The translations under genes were made by a program, and so were the position numbers. This document shows, in pieces, positions 28,265 to 37,836 of a stretch of 64,000 nt of DNA (position 1 is the stretch's first letter; every line of letters begins with the position of its first letter). The stretch comes from Candidatus Magasanikbacteria bacterium RIFOXYC2_FULL_42_28. Lineage in GTDB: Bacteria > Patescibacteriota > Patescibacteriia > Magasanikbacterales > GWA2-37-8. Below the pieces are notes generated by a model, which did not search any database, was not told the DNA's origin, and saw only the letters and a program-made list of their open reading frames with translations. Location: contig MFQZ01000005.1 in NCBI GenBank assembly GCA_001784435.1, positions 25,015 through 89,014 of the forward strand, in the 5' to 3' direction.

Positions 28265-30037
28265 ATGCGAATTGACCAAGGACAATTCCTACAAGTGGGA
28301 GAACGGGCTGGAGTCAAAAATCATGACATCGCTAAAATCTTAGCGGATATAGAAGGTGAAACGGGAGAGAAAGTAAAGCCGGAAGTTGCCCGCGCGATTT
28401 TGAGAATGTTATCTGGCAAAGAATTGAAAGGCGATGACGCCAAAACTCTTCTCAGAGAAATCAACGCTGAATTGTATGATGTTGGAGTTAGATCAGCATC
28501 GCAAAACCCAGACCAAAATGCCGAAGTGTCCTGGACAAAAGATAAAAGAGATAGTGTTAAAATATTGGTGGCCGCTTTAGAAGGATGTTTATTTGACGGC
28601 CAAATACTTAATATCAAACCGGAGCACTACTCCTTGTTTGCTTTTTTGGTTAATCGCTTGGCTAAAATCGGCGAAACTCAAGTCCGGGCTGGCGGCGAAC
28701 TACTAGTGGCCGATTATAATAAAGAAAAATTAGAATCCTTTGTACGCGACGTAGAACAATTCGCCCAACAATTCCTTACTCCAGATAATCTGGAAACCGA
28801 AGAACAAAATTGTAAAATAAACATAGAAGAAAATAACCGTCAAAGCTACGCGTTGGCAGAGACAGTAAAAAATAAAGAACTTCAAGCCCGACAAAAAGAT
28901 GATGCTAATCCTCAACTGACAAAGCAACGTAAAAAAACAGAGGAAAGTCGACGGTATTTTTATGATTATAAAAATGATAACGAACGGGCCCTACACAACG
29001 AGCTCGGTGAGATCATTAACGAAATAATTGAAAGATTGGAACAAATGAAAGAAGAGTATACTCCCGCCAGAGAAGAATTGGGGCGAGATACTCGACATAA
29101 TTATAAATCAGCAGTCCAGACGATGTTGGCAACATTAATAAAAAAAAGAAAAGATATCATTGATAAAATAATCAACAATATCGCCGGGGGTGAATGGAAT
29201 AAATTTTCTTTGGGGACAGTTCTAGAAGATGATCACTTCGCGTTAGAGGGAGAAGAGCGGGGAACTCATCATGCCTTGTCAGTTTTGTTGTGGGAACTGG
29301 AGCGTAGGCATCAAGCCGCCACTTCAAAAGCTGTTCAACCAAAAAAAATGGCGACGCCAAAAGCAGTGCCTAAAACAACACCAAAAATACAGGGTAAAGG
29401 TTTCGGGGCATTAGCTCAATTGAAGGATGCCTTACCAGATAACCCGACAAAAAAGCCACAAGAAAAATCGCTCTTAAGTTTGTTATCAGAGGATCTACCG
29501 GAAGGAACGCACATGCAAACTTTGCTTAGATTGAGAGACAACCTTATAGCCGACAAAAGACACGGGGAAGCGATGGCCACAAAAGTAGACACGGAACAAG
29601 AAAGAAAACAGCGCTACCAACTTGAAACAGAGCGAAGAGTATTATCTATACAATTAGGAAGCATAGAACGCCTAAAACAAGCATCGCCCCAATTAATTAT
29701 CGATAGTGGCAGTAGAATCAGGGCGAGTATTAAAACTAATCCGGGATCAGGACTATATTTGTTAAAAAGCATGATAGTGGCGTTAAAAGTTATGTTGGAT
29801 GAATATAATCTTCAAGATAATCAAAAACCAAGTGCCTCCATTGCTATTGATCTGGCTTTAAAAAAACGGCCGAGTAATGGACAAAAAACAGGACAAATCT
29901 TCATGGGACCTCGTGGTGGATTTGACAGCAGAAACCCAGCCGGTAATAATTATGAAACTGTCCATTTTCCTCCTGAACATCTGCCTTTTGCATTGGCGGC
30001 GGTTGCTTACGCCTTAAAACAAAAAGACGCGGAGTGA
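28265..30037 (+). CDS. Hypothetical 590-aa soluble protein, no recognisable domain, atypical codon usage (AGA/AGG/ATA-rich), charged coiled-coil-rich
   Basis: Long uninterrupted ORF. Local GC about 43% with Arg/Ile codon preference unlike the housekeeping genes. No TM segment or signal peptide seen. Confidence 0.6.
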   Translation: MRIDQGQFLQVGERAGVKNHDIAKILADIEGETGEKVKPEVARAILRMLSGKELKGDDAKTLLREINAELYDVGVRSASQNPDQNAEVSWTKDKRDSVKILVAALEGCLFDGQILNIKPEHYSLFAFLVNRLAKIGETQVRAGGELLVADYNKEKLESFVRDVEQFAQQFLTPDNLETEEQNCKINIEENNRQSYALAETVKNKELQARQKDDANPQLTKQRKKTEESRRYFYDYKNDNERALHNELGEIINEIIERLEQMKEEYTPAREELGRDTRHNYKSAVQTMLATLIKKRKDIIDKIINNIAGGEWNKFSLGTVLEDDHFALEGEERGTHHALSVLLWELERRHQAATSKAVQPKKMATPKAVPKTTPKIQGKGFGALAQLKDALPDNPTKKPQEKSLLSLLSEDLPEGTHMQTLLRLRDNLIADKRHGEAMATKVDTEQERKQRYQLETERRVLSIQLGSIERLKQASPQLIIDSGSRIRASIKTNPGSGLYLLKSMIVALKVMLDEYNLQDNQKPSASIAIDLALKKRPSNGQKTGQIFMGPRGGFDSRNPAGNNYETVHFPPEHLPFALAAVAYALKQKDAE

Positions 30038-30127
30038 GCCGTATAAAATGTAACATTTCCCCATATTTTACGTCTACTACCATATAACCCCCCCATTTGG
30101 GGGCAATTTGCGTATTTTGGGATATTT

Positions 30128-31900
30128 ATGAAAACGGAATTAAAAAATTACACTAAAACGACTTTAAAAATATACTGGAAATTTACCAAAAAATATCCGG
30201 TGCTTTTGACGTTGATGATTTTAGGCGTAGTAGTTGGCGCCGCCACAAACGCTATTATCCCGCTTTACTTCAAGCGGTTGTTTGATGCTTTAACCACCCT
30301 ACCGCAAAATTTGGAATCAGCCGCATTTCTGGTTGAGATTCTAATACTTATCGCTATTGTTGAATTGATACATTGGTTTGCCTGGCGCGTTTCCGAATTT
30401 TCCGCTTCGCTGTCTGTCTCCAGAATTATTAAAGAATTATCCGACTACTGTTTTGCTTACTTGCACAAACACTCTTTAACTTTTTTTAACAATAACTTCG
30501 GGGGCTCTTTGACCAAGCGCGTTAATCGCTTTTCTCGATCTTACGAATCTATCACCGACCGCGTTCAATACGATTATATCCCTTTGGTTGTCAATGTAAT
30601 TTTAATAGTGGCAATTTTGATGGCGCGTAATGTCTATATTGGTCTGGGAATGATGCTGTGGGTGCTAATATTCACCACCATCAATATAATCTTCAGCCGT
30701 TACAAATTGCCATATGATCTGGAACGCAGTAACGCCGACACGGCCACCACCGGCATTTTGGCCGACACTATTACCAACCACAATAACGTTAAATTGTTTG
30801 GTGGATATGAAAGGGAAATAAAAAACTATGGGCACGCGACGGATAAATTACGCCGCCTACGTTTATTAACCTGGATAATGGGTTCGGGATTTTTCGCCTT
30901 CCAAGGACTATTCATTACGGCACTCGAAATCGCTTTATTTTACTTCGCCATCAAACTTTGGGTAATGGGGCAATTTACCATCGGTGATTTTGTTCTTATT
31001 CAATCATATATTATTATCGTTATCGGCAAGGTGTGGGATTTCGGCCGCGTGATTCAGCGCACTTACGAAGATTTGAGCGATGCCAATGAAATGACGGAGA
31101 TTTTAGAAACACCACACGAAATTGCTGACATTCCCGGAGCCAAAATGATAAAAATAAAAAATGGAGAAATTAAATTTGACAATGTTAAATTTTGCTACAA
31201 CGAAACGCGAACGGTGTTGGATAAATTTAATTTAACCGTAACGCCGCAAGAAAAAATCGCATTGGTTGGCCCTTCGGGCGCTGGAAAATCCACCATCGTG
31301 CGTTTAATTTTACGCCAGCACGAATTAACCGCCGGAAAAATTTTAATTGATGACCAGCCCATTGAAAAAATCACTTTGGAAAGCTTATGGAGCGCGGTGT
31401 CGCTGGTGCCACAAGACCCGATTTTATTTCACCGCACTTTGGCGGAAAATATCAGCTACGGCAAACCGAATGCCACCAAAGCCGAGATTGCGAAAGCGGC
31501 AAAATTGGCGCATTGTGATGAATTTATCAAGGACTTGTCCAAGGGCTACGACACTTATGTGGGCGAACGCGGGGTCAAATTATCTGGTGGCGAACGCCAG
31601 CGCGTGGCCATCGCGCGCGCTATTTTGCACAACGCGCCGATATTGGTGTTGGATGAAGCCACTTCCAGTTTAGATTCGGAATCCGAACGCTTGATTCAAG
31701 ATGCTCTTGGCAAATTGATTGAGGGAAAAACCGTGATAGTGGTGGCGCACCGCTTGTCCACGATTATGAAGATGGACCGCATTATCGTAATTGATGCCGG
31801 TAAAATCGCGGAGCAGGGGAGCCACAGCGAGCTTCTCAAAAAACCAAATGGTCTTTATCGGAAATTATGGCAGGTGCAAGCGGGAGGGTTTATTGGGTAA
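30128..31900 (+). CDS. ABC exporter, fused permease + ATPase (MsbA/MdlB-type)
   Basis: Six N-terminal TM helices, then Walker A GPSGAGKST, signature LSGGERQR and Walker B LVLDEATSSLD. Confidence 0.85.
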   Translation: MKTELKNYTKTTLKIYWKFTKKYPVLLTLMILGVVVGAATNAIIPLYFKRLFDALTTLPQNLESAAFLVEILILIAIVELIHWFAWRVSEFSASLSVSRIIKELSDYCFAYLHKHSLTFFNNNFGGSLTKRVNRFSRSYESITDRVQYDYIPLVVNVILIVAILMARNVYIGLGMMLWVLIFTTINIIFSRYKLPYDLERSNADTATTGILADTITNHNNVKLFGGYEREIKNYGHATDKLRRLRLLTWIMGSGFFAFQGLFITALEIALFYFAIKLWVMGQFTIGDFVLIQSYIIIVIGKVWDFGRVIQRTYEDLSDANEMTEILETPHEIADIPGAKMIKIKNGEIKFDNVKFCYNETRTVLDKFNLTVTPQEKIALVGPSGAGKSTIVRLILRQHELTAGKILIDDQPIEKITLESLWSAVSLVPQDPILFHRTLAENISYGKPNATKAEIAKAAKLAHCDEFIKDLSKGYDTYVGERGVKLSGGERQRVAIARAILHNAPILVLDEATSSLDSESERLIQDALGKLIEGKTVIVVAHRLSTIMKMDRIIVIDAGKIAEQGSHSELLKKPNGLYRKLWQVQAGGFIG

Positions 31901-31912
31901 AGGCAGGGCGAT

Positions 31913-32042
31913 TTGTCATTGCAAGCGAAGCGATCTCTCGTCAATTGTCATTTCGAATCCCCGTCGCAGGGGTGAGAAATCTCTGTCTTAAATAATTTTA
32001 CTAACCGGACAGAGATTCCTTCTTCGTCGTCGGAATGACAAC
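31913..32042. repeat. Palindromic element family A copy, intergenic, with duplicated left terminus
   Basis: TTGTCATTGCAAGCGAAGCG...TTGTCATTTCGAATCC...CGTCGGAATGACAAC. The internal pair GAGAAATCTCTGTC / GACAGAGATTCC is reverse-complementary. Confidence 0.8.
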
Positions 32043-32051
32043 AAAATAAAA

Positions 32052-32082
32052 ATATCACGAAATTAATCGTGATATTTTTTTA
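32052..32082 (+). terminator. Rho-independent terminator (ATATCACGA-aatta-TCGTGATAT + T7)
   Basis: Perfect 9-bp stem. A near-identical terminator sequence sits at 40895..40925 after greA. Confidence 0.7.
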
Positions 32083-32105
32083 CCAATGGTTACCACATAG
32101 CACAT

Positions 32106-32134
32106 TTTTGCCTTTTTGTCAATGGTGAGATATA
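32106..32134 (+). promoter_or_regulatory. Sigma70-like promoter TTGCCT-17-TATAAT for the helicase gene
   Basis: Hexamer match and spacing. ATG 20 nt downstream. Confidence 0.45.
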
Positions 32135-32154
32135 ATACCTGTCATTAACAAAAT

Positions 32155-35100
32155 ATGCTTAATAATACCCTCAACCCCGCCCAACTCGAAGCCATAAAAC
32201 ACACCACCGGCCCACTTTTGATTGTCGCCGGGGCTGGTACTGGCAAAACTACCGTGATTGCGGAAAAAATCGCTTATCTTGTTAATACCCAAAAAATTCC
32301 AGCCAAAAATATTTTAGCTGTTACTTTTACCGAAAAAGCCACTGCCGAGATGTCCGACCGCGTGAGCGCCTTATTGCCGGACGGGGGATTGGACGCGACG
32401 GTTTGCACCTTTCATTCTTTGGGACGTAGAATTTTGGAAACGCATGGATTGGAAGTGGGGTTGCCGAATAATTTTAAAGTGTTAAACGATATTGAAGCGT
32501 GGTTGCTTGTACGCCAAAATTTAGAAAGATTTAATTTGGATTATTATCGACCGCTGGGTAATCCGGCAAAATTTATTCACGCGCTTTTAAAACATTTTGG
32601 CCGGTGTAAAGATGAGTTGATTACACCGGAGAAATATTTAGCGCATGCGGAAAATTTACAGTTGGATGGAGATTCCTCGTCGCTCCCGCTCGCTCGGAAT
32701 GACAATGACGGTGAAAGCGATGCGCTTATCCAAAAACGCACAGCCGAACTATCCTCGGCTTACCACTTGTATAATCAAATCTTATTAGAAAACGACTGCT
32801 TGGATTTTTCCGATTTAATTTTCTATACAGTTAAACTTTTACGCGAACGGCCAAATATTTTAAAAATTTATCAAAACATTTGGCCGAATATTTTGGTAGA
32901 TGAATTTCAAGACACCAACTGGGCACAATATGAATTAATAAAATTATTGGCCAAAGGGCGCGAAGATACGGTTGGCCTAACGGTGGTAGGTGATGATGAC
33001 CAAAGTATTTATAAATTCCGCGGTGCTAGCGTCGCCAATATTTTACAATTTTCAACTGACTTTCCAAAATCCAAACAAGTGGTGCTGACCGAAAATTACC
33101 GCTCTGGCCAAACAATTTTGGACTATGCGCATAATTTTATTACCTTAAATAATCCGGACCGACTGGAAGCAAAATTAGGGTTAGATAAAAAATTAATTTC
33201 CGCTACTAAAAAATTTGCCACCGTAGAATTTAGCAATCCAACGAGTGCTAGTGCTGAGGGTGAGGAGATTGCCAAAAATATTCTGGCACTAAAAAAGAAA
33301 AACGATTTGGGGTGGTCGGACTTCGCCGTTTTATGTCGCACCCACCAGATCGTTGACCAAATTTTGCCATCTTTAACCAGTCGCGGTATCCCAACGGTAA
33401 GCGCGGGCGCATCCGGTTATTTACGCACTGGCGCGGCCTTAAACTGCTTGGCGGCTTTTAAATTGGCGGATAATTATCACGAATCACCGGCCGTCTATCG
33501 CTTATTAAATTCCGTGATTTACGATTTACCTTATGAAGACGCGTCTAAATTGGCATTGTTTGTTAAAAGAAAATCAGTATCACTTTACCAAGCGGTTAAA
33601 GCCGGAGTAAATGGAGAAATAAAATTAAGTACCGCTGGACAAATTTGCACTGCTAAATTTTTGGCCGATACTGCTAAATTATCCGTGGACGCTAAAACCG
33701 AACCGGCAATTAAGGTGTTGTATAATTTCTTAGAAAATTCCGGTTATTTAAAAAAGTTGGCGGACGCGCCGGAAAAAAATTATCGCGATATTATGGCTTT
33801 GCAAGCGCTGTTTGATTATTTGGAAAAATTCCAAAGTGATAATCCGGATACAGGCGTCGGCGCGTGGCTTAAATATTATGAATACGCGCTGGAGGCCGGG
33901 GAAACAGGGGAGGCCGAAGCCGATAGCGCCGATGGCGTGCCAGTTTTGACTATCCACAGCGCCAAGGGACTGGAATTTGAATATGTCTTTATTCCGTCAC
34001 TCGTGGATTTGCGTTTTCCAGCGGTGAATCGTTCGGAAGCGATTGAATTGCCGAGCGAATTAGTTAATGAAAAAGTTTTGCCAGAAGACGACGCGCATTT
34101 GGAAGAAGAGCGACGTTTGTTTTATGTGGCACTAACACGCGCCAAAAGCGGGGTATTTTTATCCGGCGCCAAGGACTACGGCGGGGCGCGCGAGAAAAAA
34201 TTATCACGATTTGTTTCCGAATTGGAAAAAACGAATAAGGTAAAATTGAACGACCACTCCCTCACCCCCTCCTCCGAGAGGCGGGGGAAGGCGACGATTT
34301 CCCCTCCTGCCCGAGGAGGGGACGAAGGGGCGGTAAGAGCAATTACCACCCCTCAAACATTTTCCTTTTCTCAGATCTCAACCTACCAATCCTGCCCCTG
34401 GCAATATCGCTATAAATTCATTTTGCATATTCCCACTTTGGGCAAAGGCGTGTTTAGTTTTGGCCACACCTTGCATCTTACCTTACAAAAATTTTACGAA
34501 CGACTAATCGCGTTAAATTCCGCGCGCCAAGGCGAACTGTTCGACGCGCCTCACATTTCTCCCCCTGCCCGAGGGGGAGACGAAGAGGGGGTGGGAGCAA
34601 TCACAGTTGCCAGTTTAGAAGAACTACTGGAATTATATCGCGCTAACTGGCAAGATGATTGGTTTTATAGTGCGGAAAATAAAGCCCGCTACCGTGCCGA
34701 AGGGGAAACAATCTTAAAAAACTTTTACGCAATAAACACAAAAGCCGGCTGGACAATACCGCTGGGTTTAGAAACCGGTTTTCGATTTAAAGTGGCTGGC
34801 GCTGATTTCAAAGGTCAAATTGATCGCATTGACCGCCAAGCCGATGGAAAAATCCGCTTAATTGACTACAAAACCGGCCGACCAAAAACTACGCTTACTT
34901 TTAACGATAAATTACAGTTATTAGTTTACCAATGGGCCGCCACGAGTATTTCGGCGTTAGCTCAAATGGGGGAAATCGGCACACTTTCGTATTTTTATTT
35001 AAATGATGGCACCGAGATGGATTTTATCGGCGCAGAAAAAGATTTAGCCAAAACCGCTGCGACTGTGGAAGAAATAATTAAAAAAATTCAAGCGCGCGAT

Positions 35101-35172
35101 TTTACATCCACGCCCGATAAAGAAACCTGCGCGAATTGTGATTTTCGCGATATTTGTGAATTTAGAAAATGA
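32155..35172 (+). CDS. UvrD/PcrA-family SF1 helicase fused to a C-terminal PD-(D/E)XK Cas4/AddB-like nuclease with Fe-S cysteines. Carries three in-frame repeat insertions
   Basis: Helicase motifs I AGAGTGKTT, II LVDEFQDTN and VI ALTRAK. C-terminal CPWQY...IDRID...IDYKTG...CANCDFRDIC (C-x(n)-CxxC-x5-C). Inserts at 32664..32712 (family A half) plus 34262..34350 and 34554..34603 (GC-rich family). Confidence 0.85.
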   Translation: MLNNTLNPAQLEAIKHTTGPLLIVAGAGTGKTTVIAEKIAYLVNTQKIPAKNILAVTFTEKATAEMSDRVSALLPDGGLDATVCTFHSLGRRILETHGLEVGLPNNFKVLNDIEAWLLVRQNLERFNLDYYRPLGNPAKFIHALLKHFGRCKDELITPEKYLAHAENLQLDGDSSSLPLARNDNDGESDALIQKRTAELSSAYHLYNQILLENDCLDFSDLIFYTVKLLRERPNILKIYQNIWPNILVDEFQDTNWAQYELIKLLAKGREDTVGLTVVGDDDQSIYKFRGASVANILQFSTDFPKSKQVVLTENYRSGQTILDYAHNFITLNNPDRLEAKLGLDKKLISATKKFATVEFSNPTSASAEGEEIAKNILALKKKNDLGWSDFAVLCRTHQIVDQILPSLTSRGIPTVSAGASGYLRTGAALNCLAAFKLADNYHESPAVYRLLNSVIYDLPYEDASKLALFVKRKSVSLYQAVKAGVNGEIKLSTAGQICTAKFLADTAKLSVDAKTEPAIKVLYNFLENSGYLKKLADAPEKNYRDIMALQALFDYLEKFQSDNPDTGVGAWLKYYEYALEAGETGEAEADSADGVPVLTIHSAKGLEFEYVFIPSLVDLRFPAVNRSEAIELPSELVNEKVLPEDDAHLEEERRLFYVALTRAKSGVFLSGAKDYGGAREKKLSRFVSELEKTNKVKLNDHSLTPSSERRGKATISPPARGGDEGAVRAITTPQTFSFSQISTYQSCPWQYRYKFILHIPTLGKGVFSFGHTLHLTLQKFYERLIALNSARQGELFDAPHISPPARGGDEEGVGAITVASLEELLELYRANWQDDWFYSAENKARYRAEGETILKNFYAINTKAGWTIPLGLETGFRFKVAGADFKGQIDRIDRQADGKIRLIDYKTGRPKTTLTFNDKLQLLVYQWAATSISALAQMGEIGTLSYFYLNDGTEMDFIGAEKDLAKTAATVEEIIKKIQARDFTSTPDKETCANCDFRDICEFRK
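32664..32712. repeat. Family A half-element inside the helicase gene, in-frame (encodes DSSSLPLARNDNDG)
   Basis: ATGGAGATTCCTCGTCGCTCCCGCTCGCTCGGAATGACAATGACG is nearly identical to the right half of the rsmI copy. Confidence 0.8.
34262..34350. repeat. GC-rich palindromic element (family GC), about 1.5 tandem copies, in-frame in the helicase (encodes TPSSERRGKATISPPARGGDEGAVRAIT)
   Basis: CCCCTCCTGCCCGAGGAGGGG hairpin. About 70% GC in an AT-rich gene. Homolog at 34554 and in grpE (55546). Confidence 0.75.
34554..34603. repeat. GC-rich palindromic element (family GC) copy 2, in-frame in the helicase (encodes ISPPARGGDEEGVGAIT)
   Basis: ATTTCTCCCCCTGCCCGAGGGGGAGACGAAGAGGGGGTGGGAGCAATCAC. Confidence 0.75.
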
Positions 35173-35173
35173 T

Positions 35174-35464
35174 ATGCAAACCCTTGGCTCACTCTTAAAC
35201 CGTCCCAATCAAAACCGTCCGCTTTTAAAACAGGTGCGTGCGGCGATGGTGGTGGAAGCGGCCAATGAATTTATCAGTAAGACATATGGCCAAGGCGCGG
35301 AAAATCAAGCGCGCGCTCTTTACTTAAAAAATGGAATTTTAACCATCGCTTGTTTAAGTTCGGTGTTGGCCCAAGAAATGCGCTTACGAGAAAAGGAATT
35401 ATTGCGAGCGGTTAGTGCTAAATTTAGTCCAGATACCATAAAAAAAGTCCGTTATTTGGCTTAA
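35174..35464 (+). CDS. DUF721-family protein (DciA-like, putative replicative-helicase loader)
   Basis: MQTLGSLL...VRAAMVVEAANEFI...GILTIACLSSVLAQEMRLREKELL matches the DUF721 pattern. Start moved to Met13 to avoid overlap with the helicase gene. Confidence 0.55.
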   Translation: MQTLGSLLNRPNQNRPLLKQVRAAMVVEAANEFISKTYGQGAENQARALYLKNGILTIACLSSVLAQEMRLREKELLRAVSAKFSPDTIKKVRYLA

Positions 35465-35526
35465 AATCAACAGTTGCCAAACTCCAAAAAATAGAGTAAA
35501 ATACCGTCATAATACTCATTTCAAAT

Positions 35527-35913
35527 ATGACTTTAAAACAGTACTTAATTTTGATGTCCGTCGCCACGGCTGTTTGTTGGCTCGCGTGGCTGTTTGTAAT
35601 TTTTAATCTTGACCCAACTACCGCCGGCGCTTTGGGGTTATCATTTTTTTATTTTACTTCATTTTTTGCTCTGATTGGAACTTTCGCCACACTGGGATTT
35701 TGGATGCGAGAATTATTTTCTAAAACCGACGAGGTAGAATTCCGAATTGTTAAAAAAACTTTTCGACAGGGGATAGTGCTGTCGGGATTTATTATACTCA
35801 TGTTATTTTTACAACAAAAAGAAATGTTAAATTGGTGGACCGGAACAATTATTTTATTAATGTTATTTATTACCGAAGGTCTGGTGTTTCAATTTAAATC
35901 GCACGCTCAATAA
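35527..35913 (+). CDS. Hypothetical membrane protein (4 TM)
   Basis: ORF with hydrophobic helices only. Confidence 0.4.
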   Translation: MTLKQYLILMSVATAVCWLAWLFVIFNLDPTTAGALGLSFFYFTSFFALIGTFATLGFWMRELFSKTDEVEFRIVKKTFRQGIVLSGFIILMLFLQQKEMLNWWTGTIILLMLFITEGLVFQFKSHAQ

Positions 35914-35917
35914 CAAA

Positions 35918-35990
35918 CTGTCACCCTGAGCTTGTTTCAGGATCTCCTGGATAACACGGGATGCTGAAATATATTCAGCATGACGATTAA
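35918..35990. repeat. Possible diverged family A-like element (GTCACCCTGAGC ... GCATGACGA)
   Basis: Termini resemble GTCATTCCGAGC/…GAATGACA. Internal AATATATTCAGCAT palindrome. Weak. Confidence 0.3.
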
Positions 35991-35996
35991 TTAATT

Positions 35997-37037
35997 ATGT
36001 TTGACAATATTTTAAACAGATTTCGCAAAGGGCTGGGAATTGATCTTGGCACGGCTAACACGCTAATTTACGTCAAAGGCCACGGTATCGTAATTAACGA
36101 ACCGTCGGTGGTGGCGGTCAATACTAAAACCGAACAAATTTTAGCAGTTGGCAATGAAGCGCGTGAAATGTTGGGTAAAACTCCGCCCCACATCCTAACC
36201 ACTCGTCCACTGTCCGGTGGCATTATTTCGGACTTTGAGGTGGCGGAAAAAATGTTACGCTATTTTTTTGATAAAATTAACGAAAGCGAACGACAGAAAT
36301 TCGCCCGCCCGACGGTTATTATCGGCGCGCCACTGGAAATTACCGAGGTGGAACGCAAGGCCATTTCGGACGCGGTAATCAGCGCCGGCGCGAAAAATGT
36401 TTGGGTAGTAGAAGAACCAATGGCAGCGGCGATTGGCGCCCGCATGCCGATTCGTGAACCGATTGGTAATATTATCGTCGAAATTGGCGGTGGTACTACC
36501 GAAATCGCGGTAATATCATTGAGCGGAATTGTTAAATGGCGATCAATTAAAATCGCGGGCGATGAACTAAATCGCAATATCATGCAATACGCGCGCGAGC
36601 ATTTTAATTTACTTTTAGGTGAAAAACAAGCCGAAGACATTAAAATTCAAATTGGTTCAGCCGTGGAAATTCCCCAAAGCGCTCAATACCCCATGCGTGG
36701 CCGCGACTTGGTAACCGGACTGCCCAAAGAAATTATGATTAGTGATAGCGAAGTGCGTGAATCAATGGTAAAATCATTACGCACAATTGTGGAAAATATT
36801 AAAGCCACCTTAGAAATATCACCACCGGAGTTAGTGGCCGACATTCACGAACGTGGCCTGCTTTTATCCGGCGGAGGAGCGCTACTTAAAGGACTGGACC
36901 AATTGATAGCGCGCGCGACGGAAATTCCCGTGCGTGTCGCGGACGATCCTCTAACTAGCGTAGTACGTGGGACCGGTATTTTACTGGATGAGCCGGAACT
37001 TTTATCCGAAGTAACCGTACTCACGACCAAACACTAA
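35997..37037 (+). CDS. mreB: Rod shape-determining protein MreB
   Basis: Actin-fold motifs GIDLGTANTLIYV and IGGGTTEIAV. Confidence 0.9.
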   Translation: MFDNILNRFRKGLGIDLGTANTLIYVKGHGIVINEPSVVAVNTKTEQILAVGNEAREMLGKTPPHILTTRPLSGGIISDFEVAEKMLRYFFDKINESERQKFARPTVIIGAPLEITEVERKAISDAVISAGAKNVWVVEEPMAAAIGARMPIREPIGNIIVEIGGGTTEIAVISLSGIVKWRSIKIAGDELNRNIMQYAREHFNLLLGEKQAEDIKIQIGSAVEIPQSAQYPMRGRDLVTGLPKEIMISDSEVRESMVKSLRTIVENIKATLEISPPELVADIHERGLLLSGGGALLKGLDQLIARATEIPVRVADDPLTSVVRGTGILLDEPELLSEVTVLTTKH

Positions 37038-37041
37038 ATCT

Positions 37042-37830
37042 ATGGCCAATAATCGTCGCTCCAATCGAAATATATTATCTTTCGCCTTTTTGGCGATAAT
37101 TTTTTTGGCTCATATTTTTGGCTTGTTAAAACCGATGGAATCAAAAATTCGCCTGCTATTGTCGCCACTGTTGGCTAAAATATACGGATCCACTAATCCT
37201 GAACTTTTTAAAATCAGCAAACAAGAACTTTACGGGCAGTACCAACAGTGCTTGGCTGTTCAAAATGAAACCGCGTATTTTCGCGCCCAAACAGAAATGT
37301 TAAAAATTGAAAATCAAAATTTGCGCCTTGCTTTAAAATTTTCCGAACGTGCGCCTTATAAATTAATAACCGCGCAAGTAATCGGACGCAGTATTGATTT
37401 GTCCGAACAAACGCTCTTAATTAACGTTGGACAAAATTCGGGTCTGACAGTAAACCAACCGGTAATTGTCGGCGAGGGGCAGTTAGTGGGAAAAATTACT
37501 AATTTAGACGCCAATTCCGCTTGGGTGCGCCTCCTCTCGGACAGTCGCAGTAAGATAGCGGCCCTAATTTTAAATGATGAAAAAAGCGGTGGCGTCGTTG
37601 AGGGTGGTTATGGATTAAGCATAAAAATGGAATTTATACCGCGCAATGAAACAGTTAAAATCGGTGACCAAGTGATTACCTCCGGACTGGAATCAAATGT
37701 ACCGAAAGGATTATTAATCGGAACAGTGGCGGCGCTTGAAAATGAGGCCTACAAACCATTTCAACAGGCGATTATTACCCCAGCCGGGAGTTTGGAAAAA
37801 ATTGATATTGTGAGTGTAATCATCAATTGA
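37042..37830 (+). CDS. mreC: Rod shape-determining protein MreC
   Basis: N-terminal TM helix, coiled coil and beta-rich C-terminus, directly after mreB. Confidence 0.8.
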   Translation: MANNRRSNRNILSFAFLAIIFLAHIFGLLKPMESKIRLLLSPLLAKIYGSTNPELFKISKQELYGQYQQCLAVQNETAYFRAQTEMLKIENQNLRLALKFSERAPYKLITAQVIGRSIDLSEQTLLINVGQNSGLTVNQPVIVGEGQLVGKITNLDANSAWVRLLSDSRSKIAALILNDEKSGGVVEGGYGLSIKMEFIPRNETVKIGDQVITSGLESNVPKGLLIGTVAALENEAYKPFQQAIITPAGSLEKIDIVSVIIN

Positions 37831-37836
37831 CAACCT

